Of a stretch of 50,488 nt of DNA, positions 19,714 through 29,373 are shown one piece after another. The notes beneath the pieces are model-generated. The model saw nothing but the letters and a program-made list of their open reading frames with translations, ran no database searches and was not told the origin of the DNA. The first letter of the stretch is position 1. Each line of letters opens with the position of its first letter. The DNA is from Ruminococcus sp. (GTDB lineage: Bacteria > Bacillota > Clostridia > Oscillospirales > Ruminococcaceae). The stretch covers positions 1 to 50,488 of the forward strand of contig JAFRYW010000102.1 in the NCBI GenBank assembly GCA_017442845.1. The letters are read 5' to 3'. A program made the position numbers and the translations under genes.

Positions 19714-19891
19714 GATAAATTGGAATTTATCTTAGTTAGGTAATAGGTAATAGGGAATAGGTAATAGGTGAGGTGCACCTGCGGCGGCTGCCCGAATGGG
19801 CATTTGTCGGCGCAGCCGACACCACACTTATTACCTATTACCTATTAACTATTACCTAGCGGAGCTTCGCTCCGCTAAATTCCAATCTATC
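19714..19891. repeat. Element C: inverted-repeat-bounded element with TAGGTAA/TTACCTA heptamer arrays
   Basis: Left end GATAAATTGGAATTTATC, right end TAAATTCCAATCTATC (inverted repeat extends to 21 bp with one mismatch); near-copy of element B. Confidence 0.9.
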
Positions 19892-19925
19892 TTATCTGCC
19901 TGAGACTGTATCTAAGTATGTGTAT

Positions 19926-19954
19926 ATTATAACCTAAAAGCTCCTCGTTGTCAA
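19926..19954 (-). promoter_or_regulatory. Sigma-A promoter reading through element C into 19680
   Basis: TTGACA-N17-TATAAT on the minus strand. Confidence 0.75.
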
Positions 19955-19958
19955 CGGG

Positions 19959-21146
19959 CTATTCGCCCTTAGAGCTGTCCTCGTACAGCTCGATCCTGTC
20001 AAGCTTCTTTCTTATCGCAGCCGAGCGTGTGCCTACAAGCTTTGTCATATCCTCATCAAGCTGCCTTATCCTGTTTAGCGCTGAGGAAAGCACCTTGTCA
20101 AAGCTGTCAAACTCTGCCTTAAAGCCCGAAAGCAGCGCCCATACCTCGTTTGAGCGCTTTTGGATCTGAAGCGTCTGAAAGCCCATTTGCAGCGAGTTGA
20201 GCATCGCCGCCATAGTTGACGGGCCGGCTATGTTTATGCTGTATTCTCTTTGCAGCACCTCAACGAGCCCGTGGTTGACCACCTCTGCATACAGCCCCTC
20301 AAACGGTAAGAACATTATCGCAAAGCTTGTTGTGTATGGCGGCTCTATGTACTTGTCGTGTATAGCCTTTGCGCTCTTTTTTATCGTTGTCTCCAAGGCC
20401 TTGTATGCGTCATTTATCGCTGCCGAGTCGCCTGATGCGTAGGCGTTCTGAAGTGCTGCGAAGGTGTCTCCCGGGAACTTTGAGTCTATCGGCAGATATA
20501 CAAACTCCCCGCTCTCCTTTGCGGGCAGCTTTACCGCAAACTCAACGTGCTCACGGCTGCCGGGGCGGGTGGGTATCTCACGCTCATATTGCTCGGGCGT
20601 TAATATCTCCGAGAGGATAGCCCCAAGCTGTACCTCGCCGAGTATGCCCCTTGTCTTAACGTTTGAGAGCACCTTTTTGAGGTCGCCGACCCCCGCTGCG
20701 ATAGTCTGCATCTCGCCAAGCCCCTTGTAAACGGCAGCAAGCTGCTCGCTTACGGTCTTGAAGGATTCGCTGAGCTTGCCCTCCAGGCTCTTTTGCAGGC
20801 GCTCATCTACCGTGCTTCGCATTTCGTCGAGCTTTTTGTTGTTGTCCTCCTGAATGTAGAAAAGGCGCTTTGACATGGTTTCCCTCATCTGCTCAAGCTT
20901 TTGCTCGTTTCCTGTTTCAAGGGTGGAGATGCGCTGCTCGAGGGCGTATAGCCGCTCTGACATATTTGAGCTTATAAGCCGCCCCATATTTGCGACCGAG
21001 CTGTCAACGCTGCCCTTAAGCTCGCTGCCAAGCTTTCTTATGTCCTCGCTGTGCCCCTTGCTGCCCTTTGTATTCATCATCATTATTATCAGTATGATCA
21101 GCAGCACTACGATGAGTGCCAGTATCACAAGTGTTATCGTATCCAT
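19959..21146 (-). CDS. rmuC: DNA recombination protein RmuC
   Basis: N-terminal TM, coiled coil, NVKTRGILGEVQL, LPIDSKFP, MFLPFEGLYAE. Confidence 0.92.
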   Translation of the reverse strand: MDTITLVILALIVVLLIILIIMMMNTKGSKGHSEDIRKLGSELKGSVDSSVANMGRLISSNMSERLYALEQRISTLETGNEQKLEQMRETMSKRLFYIQEDNNKKLDEMRSTVDERLQKSLEGKLSESFKTVSEQLAAVYKGLGEMQTIAAGVGDLKKVLSNVKTRGILGEVQLGAILSEILTPEQYEREIPTRPGSREHVEFAVKLPAKESGEFVYLPIDSKFPGDTFAALQNAYASGDSAAINDAYKALETTIKKSAKAIHDKYIEPPYTTSFAIMFLPFEGLYAEVVNHGLVEVLQREYSINIAGPSTMAAMLNSLQMGFQTLQIQKRSNEVWALLSGFKAEFDSFDKVLSSALNRIRQLDEDMTKLVGTRSAAIRKKLDRIELYEDSSKGE

Positions 21147-21202
21147 TTTTGCCTTGCCCCCATACATAAAAAGCGGCAGACCTTTTCGCCCGCCGCTTTG
21201 TT

Positions 21203-21382
21203 TTACGATCTTTCAAGCAGGAAGTAGCTGTCACTTCCGTCGTCTTTAAACTCCTTGATCTTCCAGCCGAGGTAAAGCATCTGATTTAGCTGCTCCATTC
21301 TCTGGAATCGGTCGAGCGACGGTGCGTTTACCCCCTCTGCCATTTCACCCGATGTCTTTGTGATATAAAACTTTTTCAGCAT
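21203..21382 (-). CDS. 59-aa hypothetical protein (absent from the ORF track)
   Basis: GAAAGGGG RBS; MLKKFYITKTSGEMAEGVNAPSLDRFQRMEQLNQMLYLGWKIKEFKDDGSDSYFLLERS; downstream hairpin aaagcggc...gccgcttt. Confidence 0.7.
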   Translation of the reverse strand: MLKKFYITKTSGEMAEGVNAPSLDRFQRMEQLNQMLYLGWKIKEFKDDGSDSYFLLERS

Positions 21383-21633
21383 AAGTACACGCCCCTTTCT
21401 GTCAGCTCACAACAAGTACGATAAAACGTACTTTTCACTTCTTGTTAATATTATACACCATTACGAAAACGATTTGATAAACATTTAGATAATTTTCTGT
21501 TAACAATACGTGTCGAAAACGTTTGAAATTCATAAAATCACAAAATTCGGGAAATTTTTTTATTGATTTTATAATGCGGAAAGAGGTAATATTTGATTAT
21601 TTTTGTTAACTTTATACAATGGCTTTGCCGCCG

Positions 21634-22482
21634 TTACGGTCTCGGCGTTATCAGCCGCTTCATATCCTCGGGCAGGTCTGAGGTGACTGTCACGGCCTTT
21701 TCGCCGTCGGGCGATATAAAGCTTATTTTCCCGCAGTGCAGCGCCTGCCTGCCTATATCTTCAAGGCTGCCGCCGTACATATCGTCCCCCGCAAGCGGAT
21801 AGCCTATGTGGGAAAAGTGCACCCTGATCTGGTGGGTGCGCCCTGTGCCGAGCGTCACCTCGCAAAGCGAATAGCCGCCGAAGTGATCAAGCACCCTGTA
21901 GGCGGTTTTTGCATACTGCCCGTCGCTTGCACATTCCCGCTTGATGATAGAGTCGCTCGTGCGGCGAATGGGTATCTCGATAACGCCTTCTGCGGGCGGC
22001 GTGCCCTGACATATAGCATAGTAGGTCTTTTTTACGCTTTGCCCTATATTTGCGGCGCTGTAGCGGCTCTTTGCGACAAGGCAGCAGCCCGAGGTGTCAC
22101 GGTCGAGCCTGTTTATGCAGCGAAACACCCCGCCGCCCGTGAGGAAGGCGTAGTAGTTTGCAAGCGTGTCGCTTACGTGCTTTGCCGAGGGGTGGCAGGG
22201 CATCATCGGCGGCTTGTCAAAGACTATTGCCTCGCCGTCCTCGTAAAGCTTTAAAACTGCGGGCTCGGGGGTCTTGATAATGCTGCCGTCCTTCTCCTCG
22301 GGCTCACAGATTCCTGCAATATCACCTGCTGACAGCATATAGTCGGTATGCACATTCTCGCCGTTTACGGTTATAGCCCCCTCATACTGCTTCAAATAGC
22401 ACATAAGCGAGCGTGAAACGCCCGCTTGTCTTAAAAATATGCTTAGCCGACAGGGCTTTTGTGCCTTAAAGGTGTGCTGCAC
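21634..22482 (-). CDS. RluA-family pseudouridine synthase
   Basis: NRLDRDTSG catalytic motif, TGRTHQIRVH, GDDMYG. Confidence 0.92.
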   Translation of the reverse strand: MQHTFKAQKPCRLSIFLRQAGVSRSLMCYLKQYEGAITVNGENVHTDYMLSAGDIAGICEPEEKDGSIIKTPEPAVLKLYEDGEAIVFDKPPMMPCHPSAKHVSDTLANYYAFLTGGGVFRCINRLDRDTSGCCLVAKSRYSAANIGQSVKKTYYAICQGTPPAEGVIEIPIRRTSDSIIKRECASDGQYAKTAYRVLDHFGGYSLCEVTLGTGRTHQIRVHFSHIGYPLAGDDMYGGSLEDIGRQALHCGKISFISPDGEKAVTVTSDLPEDMKRLITPRP

Positions 22483-23311
22483 TTCGTCTGCGCCACCTTT
22501 CTATCATAAGCGGGTATTTATCCTGCCAGTACTGCCCCATAAGCTCACGCACGAAAATGGTGTATGAGATCTTGACAAAGGGGATAAGAACCGGGCTTGG
22601 GAATATCAGCAGGCAGGGCAGCAAAAACCTGAGATTATATATCCAAAAGAATATGAACCTTGTGTGCTTTGAATCCATAAGCCTGCACGAAAGGTCGCAG
22701 GCATCGAAGATGTTCATTTTAGGGCTCAGCGTAACTATGTAGCGTGTGAGGGAAAGTGATATGCAGTAGCGTATCCAGAACCCCGCCCAGACAAGCGTGA
22801 AGCCGAGTGCGAGCATAAAGAGGATAAGTATGAAGGTGTTGAGGTTTTCAAGGCGGCTGACAAATGCACAGCGGTAAACTATATATGAGCTTATCATCGC
22901 AGGCAGCAGCATACAAATTTTTAAAAACCCGAGAGTGACTGCACAGGTTATCGAGATCCTGTTCGTTCCGGGGAGGTTCGAGCCGAAATACTGCCTTGTG
23001 GTGCTCAGCTTAGCGCCTGTGATCATCCCTATATAATAGCGCCTTAGCATATATGCCGATGGGATAAATATCATCATCACCGCAATAATGCCCACAGCTC
23101 CAAGCACGAACATTCTTGTCATTTTCGGCACATAGGCGTTCATAATGTTGAAGGGCGGGGTATTATACCTTATCAGCAGCCCGAATACCCTGACAGAGGT
23201 GCTTATCAAAAACAGCACGAAAAGCATATAAAAGTGCAGAGCTATGCCCTGCCCCCACGACTGCCTGTAGTATTCAAATGCTTTTTTTGAGATCTCACGG
23301 TCAGTCATCAT
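22466..23311 (-). CDS. Integral membrane protein (DUF975-like)
   Basis: Several TM helices, S..LM..K..F pattern; overlaps both neighbours. Confidence 0.55.
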   Translation of the reverse strand: MMTDREISKKAFEYYRQSWGQGIALHFYMLFVLFLISTSVRVFGLLIRYNTPPFNIMNAYVPKMTRMFVLGAVGIIAVMMIFIPSAYMLRRYYIGMITGAKLSTTRQYFGSNLPGTNRISITCAVTLGFLKICMLLPAMISSYIVYRCAFVSRLENLNTFILILFMLALGFTLVWAGFWIRYCISLSLTRYIVTLSPKMNIFDACDLSCRLMDSKHTRFIFFWIYNLRFLLPCLLIFPSPVLIPFVKISYTIFVRELMGQYWQDKYPLMIERWRRRSAAHL

Positions 23312-23957
23312 CTTCGTTCTCCCCGTCCTTTAAAAAGGGTACTCTTCCGAGTATCTCAAAGCAATTTGAGCGCTGCCACATAGCTGCCGAGATAAGTATC
23401 TCAAAGCCCTCGCCAAAATCGCAGGAGAGCTGCGAGGGGTCAAGCTTCGGCATACCGAAGCAGCTTAGCATATTCATTATTATGCCCCCGTGGGTAACTA
23501 CAGCGCAGCTTGTAAGCCCCTCGTTCATCATAGCCGAAAGGATCCTTGCAAGGGCGGTGTAGCAGCGCTCTACAACGCTTTGCATACTCTCGCCCTCCGG
23601 GGGCGGGTTGTCGATCCCGCCCTGCATAAATTTTTTGTAATCCGGGTCGTTTATGAGCTCCTCTGCCTTTTTGTTCTCAAATTTCCCGAAATCCATTTCC
23701 TTAAGCTCGTCTATGATCGTGACGGGGGCGTTGGGGTAGAGCATAGCGGCAGTCTGCGTGCATCTTTTTAGCGGTGAGCAGAAAACTCTTTGCGCATAGG
23801 GGTAGTCGTATTTTTCTATCTTGCCGTAAAGCTCCTGCACCCCCTCGCTGCAAAGCGGAAGGTCGGTAGTTCCGATATACCTTCCGTCAAGGTTCGCCTG
23901 CGTCATCTCGTGGCGGATAAGCTGTAGTCTGTAGCCTTTCATTTTTATCAACTCCAT
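23301..23957 (-). CDS. Histidine phosphatase family protein
   Basis: LIRHEMT, SPLKRC, EMDFGKFE, VVTHGG. Confidence 0.85.
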   Translation of the reverse strand: MELIKMKGYRLQLIRHEMTQANLDGRYIGTTDLPLCSEGVQELYGKIEKYDYPYAQRVFCSPLKRCTQTAAMLYPNAPVTIIDELKEMDFGKFENKKAEELINDPDYKKFMQGGIDNPPPEGESMQSVVERCYTALARILSAMMNEGLTSCAVVTHGGIIMNMLSCFGMPKLDPSQLSCDFGEGFEILISAAMWQRSNCFEILGRVPFLKDGENEDDD

Positions 23958-24115
23958 TTTCGTTAAGCAATTGAGGTGTTCCTCAATTATCAGACATTTA
24001 TTATTTATTTTATGGGCAATATTACTATTTACAAAAACCGATTTTTATTATATAATGATTAAGATAGGGTATTGTTTGTTTAAGAGGGTATTGTTTGTTT
24101 TAGGGGGTGTGCTGA

Positions 24116-24745
24116 GTGCAAAGAACAGATGCAGAGCTTATAGAGCGCACTATTTTTGAAGCAAGGCTGCGCCTTAAGGATATGCGCTCGGCACTTAAAA
24201 TGACCCAGACGGCAGTTTCCCAAAAAACGGGGATAAGCCAGCCGATGATCTCGGCATTTGAAGCGGGTAAGCGTGATCTCGGGCTTGGCGACATACTTAG
24301 GCTGTGCAAGTGCTATAACTGCGATATCTCCTATATCCTGGGCGGTGAGCCAAAGGCCTTTGAGCTTGACAGGGAGAAGGAGATAAATATACAAAACGGG
24401 CTTATCGCCGAGCAGCTGCTCTCACGCCCTTTGCGTGAGGTCGAGTACGGCTACAGCGACAGCTTTCTTATCCTTTGCATCTATAAGGCGATACGAGTGC
24501 TCTATATGTCAAACCCCAGACATAAGGCTACACGGCTTTTTACCGTGAGCGAGCAGATGCTTGAGGCGGCGCTCTCCGACTCTGAGGAAAGGCTTGAAAG
24601 CGAGCTGCCGGGGCTGCTTGATGCCCACCCCGACCTTGCGGGAGGGATAGAGCCCGACCCCGAATATGCCGCACTGCTGCGTGAATTTGTGCGGGCGGCG
24701 GAGGGGTACATAAAGCACACCCCGCAGGGCACTACTCAATTATAA
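24116..24745 (+). CDS. XRE-family HTH regulator with C-terminal extension
   Basis: LKDMRSALKMTQTAVSQKTGISQPMISAFEAGKR. Confidence 0.75.
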   Translation: MQRTDAELIERTIFEARLRLKDMRSALKMTQTAVSQKTGISQPMISAFEAGKRDLGLGDILRLCKCYNCDISYILGGEPKAFELDREKEINIQNGLIAEQLLSRPLREVEYGYSDSFLILCIYKAIRVLYMSNPRHKATRLFTVSEQMLEAALSDSEERLESELPGLLDAHPDLAGGIEPDPEYAALLREFVRAAEGYIKHTPQGTTQL

Positions 24746-24839
24746 CACATTTTATTTACTTTTTCAAGGTGCTTGGCTTTTTGAGAAAAATAAAAACGGC
24801 TGCGGCGTAGAACGCCATGTTGAAAGAGGCTTGCAGGAT

Positions 24840-25841
24840 ATGAGACATAAGACAGTTATAGCTGCGGTGTGCTTTGCCTTGGCGCTGATACTGGCGGGGG
24901 CGGTGCTTATCTACACCAAAAAAAGAAACACCACCGACAGCAGCGAAGCGTTTAAGGCAGAGTTCTTTACAATGGATACTGTATGCGGTATCACGCTCTA
25001 CGGCAACAGCGACCTGAACGGGTACCGTGCGCTTATCGAGCGGCTCGACAGAGAGCTTGACAGCCACGATGAGGGCAGCAGTATCTATAAATTCAACCAA
25101 AGCGGAAGCGGCGAGCTTTCCAAAAACGCCGCAGAGCTTTATGATAAGTCAAAAACGCTGTTTGAGCAGTATGGAAATGTAGATGTTACCTACGGCGGGC
25201 TTATCGCCCTTTGGGGCATAACCTCTGACAGCCCGAGAGTTCCTTCCGATGAGGAGATAGCCGAAGAGCTTGAAAGGGCGGGCTTTGACAAGCTTGAGCA
25301 AAACGGCAGCAAGCTTCATTCGGTGAGCGGGGCGAGCCTTGATTTCGGGGCGACTGCTAAGGGCTATGCGCTTGACAAGGCGTATGAGTAGCTTAAGGAG
25401 AACGGCGAGAGCTGCGCTGTTGTAACGCTCGGCTCATCAACTCTTCTCTACGGCAAAAAGCCAGACGGCAAGCCCTTCAAGACGGGTGTTAAGGACCCGT
25501 TCTCGCCCGACAGGCTTCTTTTGACCTTTGAGAGCGGGGAAGCCTTCGTTTCGACCTCGGGCGGGTATGAGCGCTTCTTTGAAGCGGGCGGCAAGAGGTA
25601 TATCCACATTTTAGACCTTAAAACAGGCCGCCCCAGCGAGAGTGACCTTGCAAGCGTCACCGTGATATGTGACAGCGGCATAAAGAGCGACTTCCTATCG
25701 ACCGCCATATTCATAGGCGGCAAGGAGGGGCTCACGAAATATCTTGATGACAGCAGCATACAAATAATAGCAGTAGATAATGACGGGGAGATAATATATT
25801 CACAGTCGCTCGAGGGCAAGATCGCCATGAGCGGCGGCTGA
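24840..25841 (+). pseudogene. apbE: ApbE FAD:protein FMN transferase interrupted by an in-frame TAG at 25389-25391
   Basis: FTMDT, LDFGATAKGY, then * LKENG...KPDGKPFKTGVKDP...STSGGYERFF...HILD in the same frame; directly upstream of rnfC. Confidence 0.8.
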
Positions 25842-25859
25842 TATACCGGAGGGGATATT

Positions 25860-27161
25860 ATGTTATTTCGTGGAATAGAGGTAAAGGGAAAGAAAAACAC
25901 CGCACAGAGCGAGACTCTTGAGCTGCCCTTGCCCGAGCAGGTAAGGATAATGATGGAGCAGACTATGGGCGCCCCGTGTGAGCCTACCGTCAAGAAGGGC
26001 GATAAGGTGCTTGTCGGGCAGAGGATAGGGCAGACGAATGCCGTGCTCTCAGCGCCTGTTCATTCAAGCGTTTCGGGCGAGGTAGTAGGTATAAGCGAGA
26101 TACTTCTTGCAAACGGCAAGACCTGCAAGGCGGTAGATATAAAATGCGACGGGCTGCAGACCGTCAGCGATGAGGTAGCGCCCCCTGTGATAAGCTCACG
26201 TGAGGAGTTTATCGAGGCGATAAGGGCCTCGGGCTGCTGCGGGCTTGGCGGGGCGGGGTTCCCTACGCACGTAAAGCTCTCTGCGGCTAAGAATAAAAAG
26301 ATCGACTACCTTGTGCTAAACGGCGCCGAGTGTGAGCCCTACATAACCTCCGACCACAGGGAAATGCTCGAAAACGCCGAGGGGGTCATCTCCGGCGCTA
26401 AGAGCGTTATGAAATATCTTGACATCGACAAGTGCGTTATAGGCATAGAGGGCAACAAGCCCGATGCGATAGAAAAAATGCAGGCGCTCACCGAGAATGA
26501 GCCGGACATAACCGTAAAGCGGCTAAGGTGCGAATACCCGCAGGGGGCAGAAAAGGTGATCAGCTATTTCTGCACGGGCAGGGTAGTAAGAGAGGGCGAG
26601 TTCCCCGCAGATAAGGGGATTATAGTGCTCAACGTTTCCACGGCGGGCTTTATCGACAGCTTCTTAAAGACCGGTATGCCCCTTATAAAGCGGCGCCTGA
26701 CGGTCGATGGCTCGGCTGTAAGAACGCCCTGCAATATAAGAACTGTTATCGGCACGCCGCTAAAGAGCATTTTGGAGTTTGCCGACTGCAAGACAGATGT
26801 GGTTTGGAAGCTGCTCGTGGGCGGGCCTATGATGGGGCTTTGCACCTATGATGCAGATTACCCGCTTATAAAGACGGCAAACGCCCTGCTTGCCTTTACC
26901 GAGCCTGTAAGGGATAAAAAATATATCGAGGCACACAGGCAGACTGCCTGCATAAGGTGTGCAAGGTGCATTTCCGCCTGCTCTATGGGGCTTATGCCGA
27001 CAGAGCTTGAAAAGGCGTATGATAAAAAGGACAAGGCAAGGCTCACCGGGCTTAAGGTGAACCTGTGTATGAACTGCGGCGCCTGCTCGTATGTATGCCC
27101 CGCAAGAAGAGACTTAGCGGCAAAGAATCAGCTCGCTAAGGCGCTTGTGCTTGAAAAGTAA
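25860..27161 (+). CDS. rnfC: Rnf complex subunit C
   Basis: GLGGAGFPTHVK, NGAECEPY, YPQGAEK, GGPMMG, two CxxCxxCxxxC clusters. Confidence 0.95.
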   Translation: MLFRGIEVKGKKNTAQSETLELPLPEQVRIMMEQTMGAPCEPTVKKGDKVLVGQRIGQTNAVLSAPVHSSVSGEVVGISEILLANGKTCKAVDIKCDGLQTVSDEVAPPVISSREEFIEAIRASGCCGLGGAGFPTHVKLSAAKNKKIDYLVLNGAECEPYITSDHREMLENAEGVISGAKSVMKYLDIDKCVIGIEGNKPDAIEKMQALTENEPDITVKRLRCEYPQGAEKVISYFCTGRVVREGEFPADKGIIVLNVSTAGFIDSFLKTGMPLIKRRLTVDGSAVRTPCNIRTVIGTPLKSILEFADCKTDVVWKLLVGGPMMGLCTYDADYPLIKTANALLAFTEPVRDKKYIEAHRQTACIRCARCISACSMGLMPTELEKAYDKKDKARLTGLKVNLCMNCGACSYVCPARRDLAAKNQLAKALVLEK

Positions 27162-27174
27162 GGGGGAAATGTAA

Positions 27175-28110
27175 ATGGAAAAGCTAACGGTCACAGCCTC
27201 CCCTCACGAGCGGGGGGATGTTTCTACCGCAAAAATAATGACAGATGTTATAATAGCTCTTATCCCCGCACTTCTTGCCTCGGGGCTGATCTTCGGCGGA
27301 AGGGCGCTTATGCTCGTGGGCTTTTGTATGATAAGTGCTATGGGGCTTGAGCGGCTATGCAACCTTGTTATGAAGCGTGAAAGCTCGATAAGCGACCTGT
27401 CTGCCGCTGTTACGGGAATGCTTCTTGCCTTCAATCTGCCTGTTACCATATCGTATTTCAAGGCGTTTTTGGGCGTGTTCGTTGCTATAGTAATAACAAA
27501 GCAGCTGTTCGGCGGCTTGGGGCATAACTTTGCAAACCCCGCAATAGTCGGCAGGATAGTGCTTATGGTGTCATTCCCTGCGGCTATGACAAACTGGGCT
27601 GTGCCCTTTTATGACCCTAAGGCGATAGAAACAGGGGCGACCCCTCTTGTAACGGGGTATGAGAGCTACCGCAGTCTCTTTTTGGGAAATGTCGGCGGCT
27701 GCTTGGGCGAGACCTGCAAGGCAGCGCTTCTGCTGGGGGCTTTGTATCTTATAGCTAAAAGGGTGATAAACCCCGCAGCGCCGCTTGCGTTCATAGCAAC
27801 GGTGTTTTGCTTCAGCGCCCTTACGGGGCGTGACGGGCTCTATCAGATCTTGAGCGGCGGGCTTATCCTTGGTGCATTCTTTATGGCGACGGATTATGTT
27901 ACGACGCCTATAACGACACCCGGCAAGCTTATCTTCGGCATAGGGTGCGGTGTCATAACCTGCGTCATAAGGTTTTATGCAAGCTACCCCGAGGGCGTGT
28001 CGTTCTCGATACTTATTATGAACATAGCAACGCCGCTCATAGATATGGCGACGATAAAGCGCTCGAGGATAGCCAAATACGAAAGCGCAAGGGAAAGCGA
28101 GGAAGCGTAG
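27175..28110 (+). CDS. rnfD: Rnf complex subunit D
   Basis: KQLFGGLGHNFANPA, TGATPL flavinylation motif, FFMATDYVT. Confidence 0.95.
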   Translation: MEKLTVTASPHERGDVSTAKIMTDVIIALIPALLASGLIFGGRALMLVGFCMISAMGLERLCNLVMKRESSISDLSAAVTGMLLAFNLPVTISYFKAFLGVFVAIVITKQLFGGLGHNFANPAIVGRIVLMVSFPAAMTNWAVPFYDPKAIETGATPLVTGYESYRSLFLGNVGGCLGETCKAALLLGALYLIAKRVINPAAPLAFIATVFCFSALTGRDGLYQILSGGLILGAFFMATDYVTTPITTPGKLIFGIGCGVITCVIRFYASYPEGVSFSILIMNIATPLIDMATIKRSRIAKYESARESEEA

Positions 28111-28114
28111 ATAA

Positions 28115-28675
28115 ATGTTTAAGAGATATATCCTGCCGCCGCTTGTGCTGACGCTTATATGCATAGCGGTCAGCGGGCTTTTGGCGGCGGCGTATGATGC
28201 TACCTATGTAGATGAAACGGGTGTTATGACCGATAAGCTTAAGTCAGCCTGCGAGGAGGCTGCGGGCAAGGGCGATTATGAGATCCTGCTTAACGAGAGC
28301 GGCGGCAAAAAGACCCCCGTGACCTTCGGTAATGAGGAGATAAACGCTGTGATCACCGATAAAGAGCGCAGCCTCTGCCTTATAGAGATCACCGAGGACG
28401 GCTACTCGACGGGCGGGCTGCATTTCGTTGTCGGTATAGATGATGAGGGCAGGGTGACGGGCATAGGCTTTGTTTCCTGCACCGATACCCCCGGCCTTGG
28501 GTCTAAAGTGACAGAGGGCGAGTATTTGAAAAAGTATGAGCAAGCAGACACTAAGGAAAGCATAGAAAAGACAGATAACGTCACGGCTGCGACCTATTCC
28601 TCAAAGGGGCTTAAAAAGGGTATAGCCAAGGCGCTTGAAGTATTTAATGACAACAGAGAGGAGATCTTAGGTTGA
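28115..28675 (+). CDS. rnfG: Rnf complex subunit G (FMN-binding)
   Basis: N-terminal TM, TPGLGSK, DNVTAATYSS; position in the operon. Confidence 0.85.
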   Translation: MFKRYILPPLVLTLICIAVSGLLAAAYDATYVDETGVMTDKLKSACEEAAGKGDYEILLNESGGKKTPVTFGNEEINAVITDKERSLCLIEITEDGYSTGGLHFVVGIDDEGRVTGIGFVSCTDTPGLGSKVTEGEYLKKYEQADTKESIEKTDNVTAATYSSKGLKKGIAKALEVFNDNREEILG

Positions 28676-29373
28676 GCGAAAAAAGACCTCTTTCACAGGA
28701 GCTTACAAAGGGGCTTATAAAGGAAAACCCCGTGTTTGTAACGCTTCTCGGTATGTGCCCGACGCTTGCGGTCACTACCCTTGCTAAAAACGGCATAGGC
28801 ATGGGGCTTGCTACTACCTTCGTGCTGGTGTGCTCGAATATAGTCATCTCACTTCTCAAGCGTGTGATCCCCGATGCGGTAAGGCTGCCGTCATTTATAG
28901 TTATCATAGCGGGCTTTGTAACGCTAATAGAGTTTTTGATGAAGGGGTATCTGCCCGAGCTTTACTCGTCTCTGGGCATTTTCCTCTCGCTTATCACGGT
29001 AAACTGCATAATCCTCGGCCGTGCCGAGGTCTTTGCAAGCAAAAACAGCGTCATCGCCTCTGCCCTTGACGGGCTGGGAATGGGGCTCGGCTTTACGCTT
29101 GCGCTGTTTCTTATGGGAAGCATACGTGAGATCGTCGGCTCGGGCTGCTTTTGGGGCGTAAAGCTCGGCGCACTTGCAAATTCGCCGATGCTGATATTCA
29201 TAATGCCTGCGGGCGGGTTTTTCACGCTTGGCATAATAATAGCCGTGATAAACAAGCTCGCAAACAAAAAGCCGCCCGAGGAGATATGCTGCGAGGGCTG
29301 CCCTTCGGCGAGCCTTTGCTCAAAAACAGCAGAGCAAAAGGCTGCCTGTCCTAAGAAGGGGGAGGGTGAGTGA
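28672..29373 (+). CDS. rnfE: Rnf complex subunit E
   Basis: ENPVFVTLLGMCPTLAVT, VNCIILGRAE. Confidence 0.95.
   Translation: MSEKRPLSQELTKGLIKENPVFVTLLGMCPTLAVTTLAKNGIGMGLATTFVLVCSNIVISLLKRVIPDAVRLPSFIVIIAGFVTLIEFLMKGYLPELYSSLGIFLSLITVNCIILGRAEVFASKNSVIASALDGLGMGLGFTLALFLMGSIREIVGSGCFWGVKLGALANSPMLIFIMPAGGFFTLGIIIAVINKLANKKPPEEICCEGCPSASLCSKTAEQKAACPKKGEGE

Noticed and set aside
16065-19891. CRISPR array interpretation of the heptamer repeats
   Set aside because: There is no repeat-spacer periodicity with unique spacers and no cas genes.
25521-25841. Separate 106-aa gene
   Set aside because: It is the in-frame C-terminal part of apbE, with a TTG start and no RBS.
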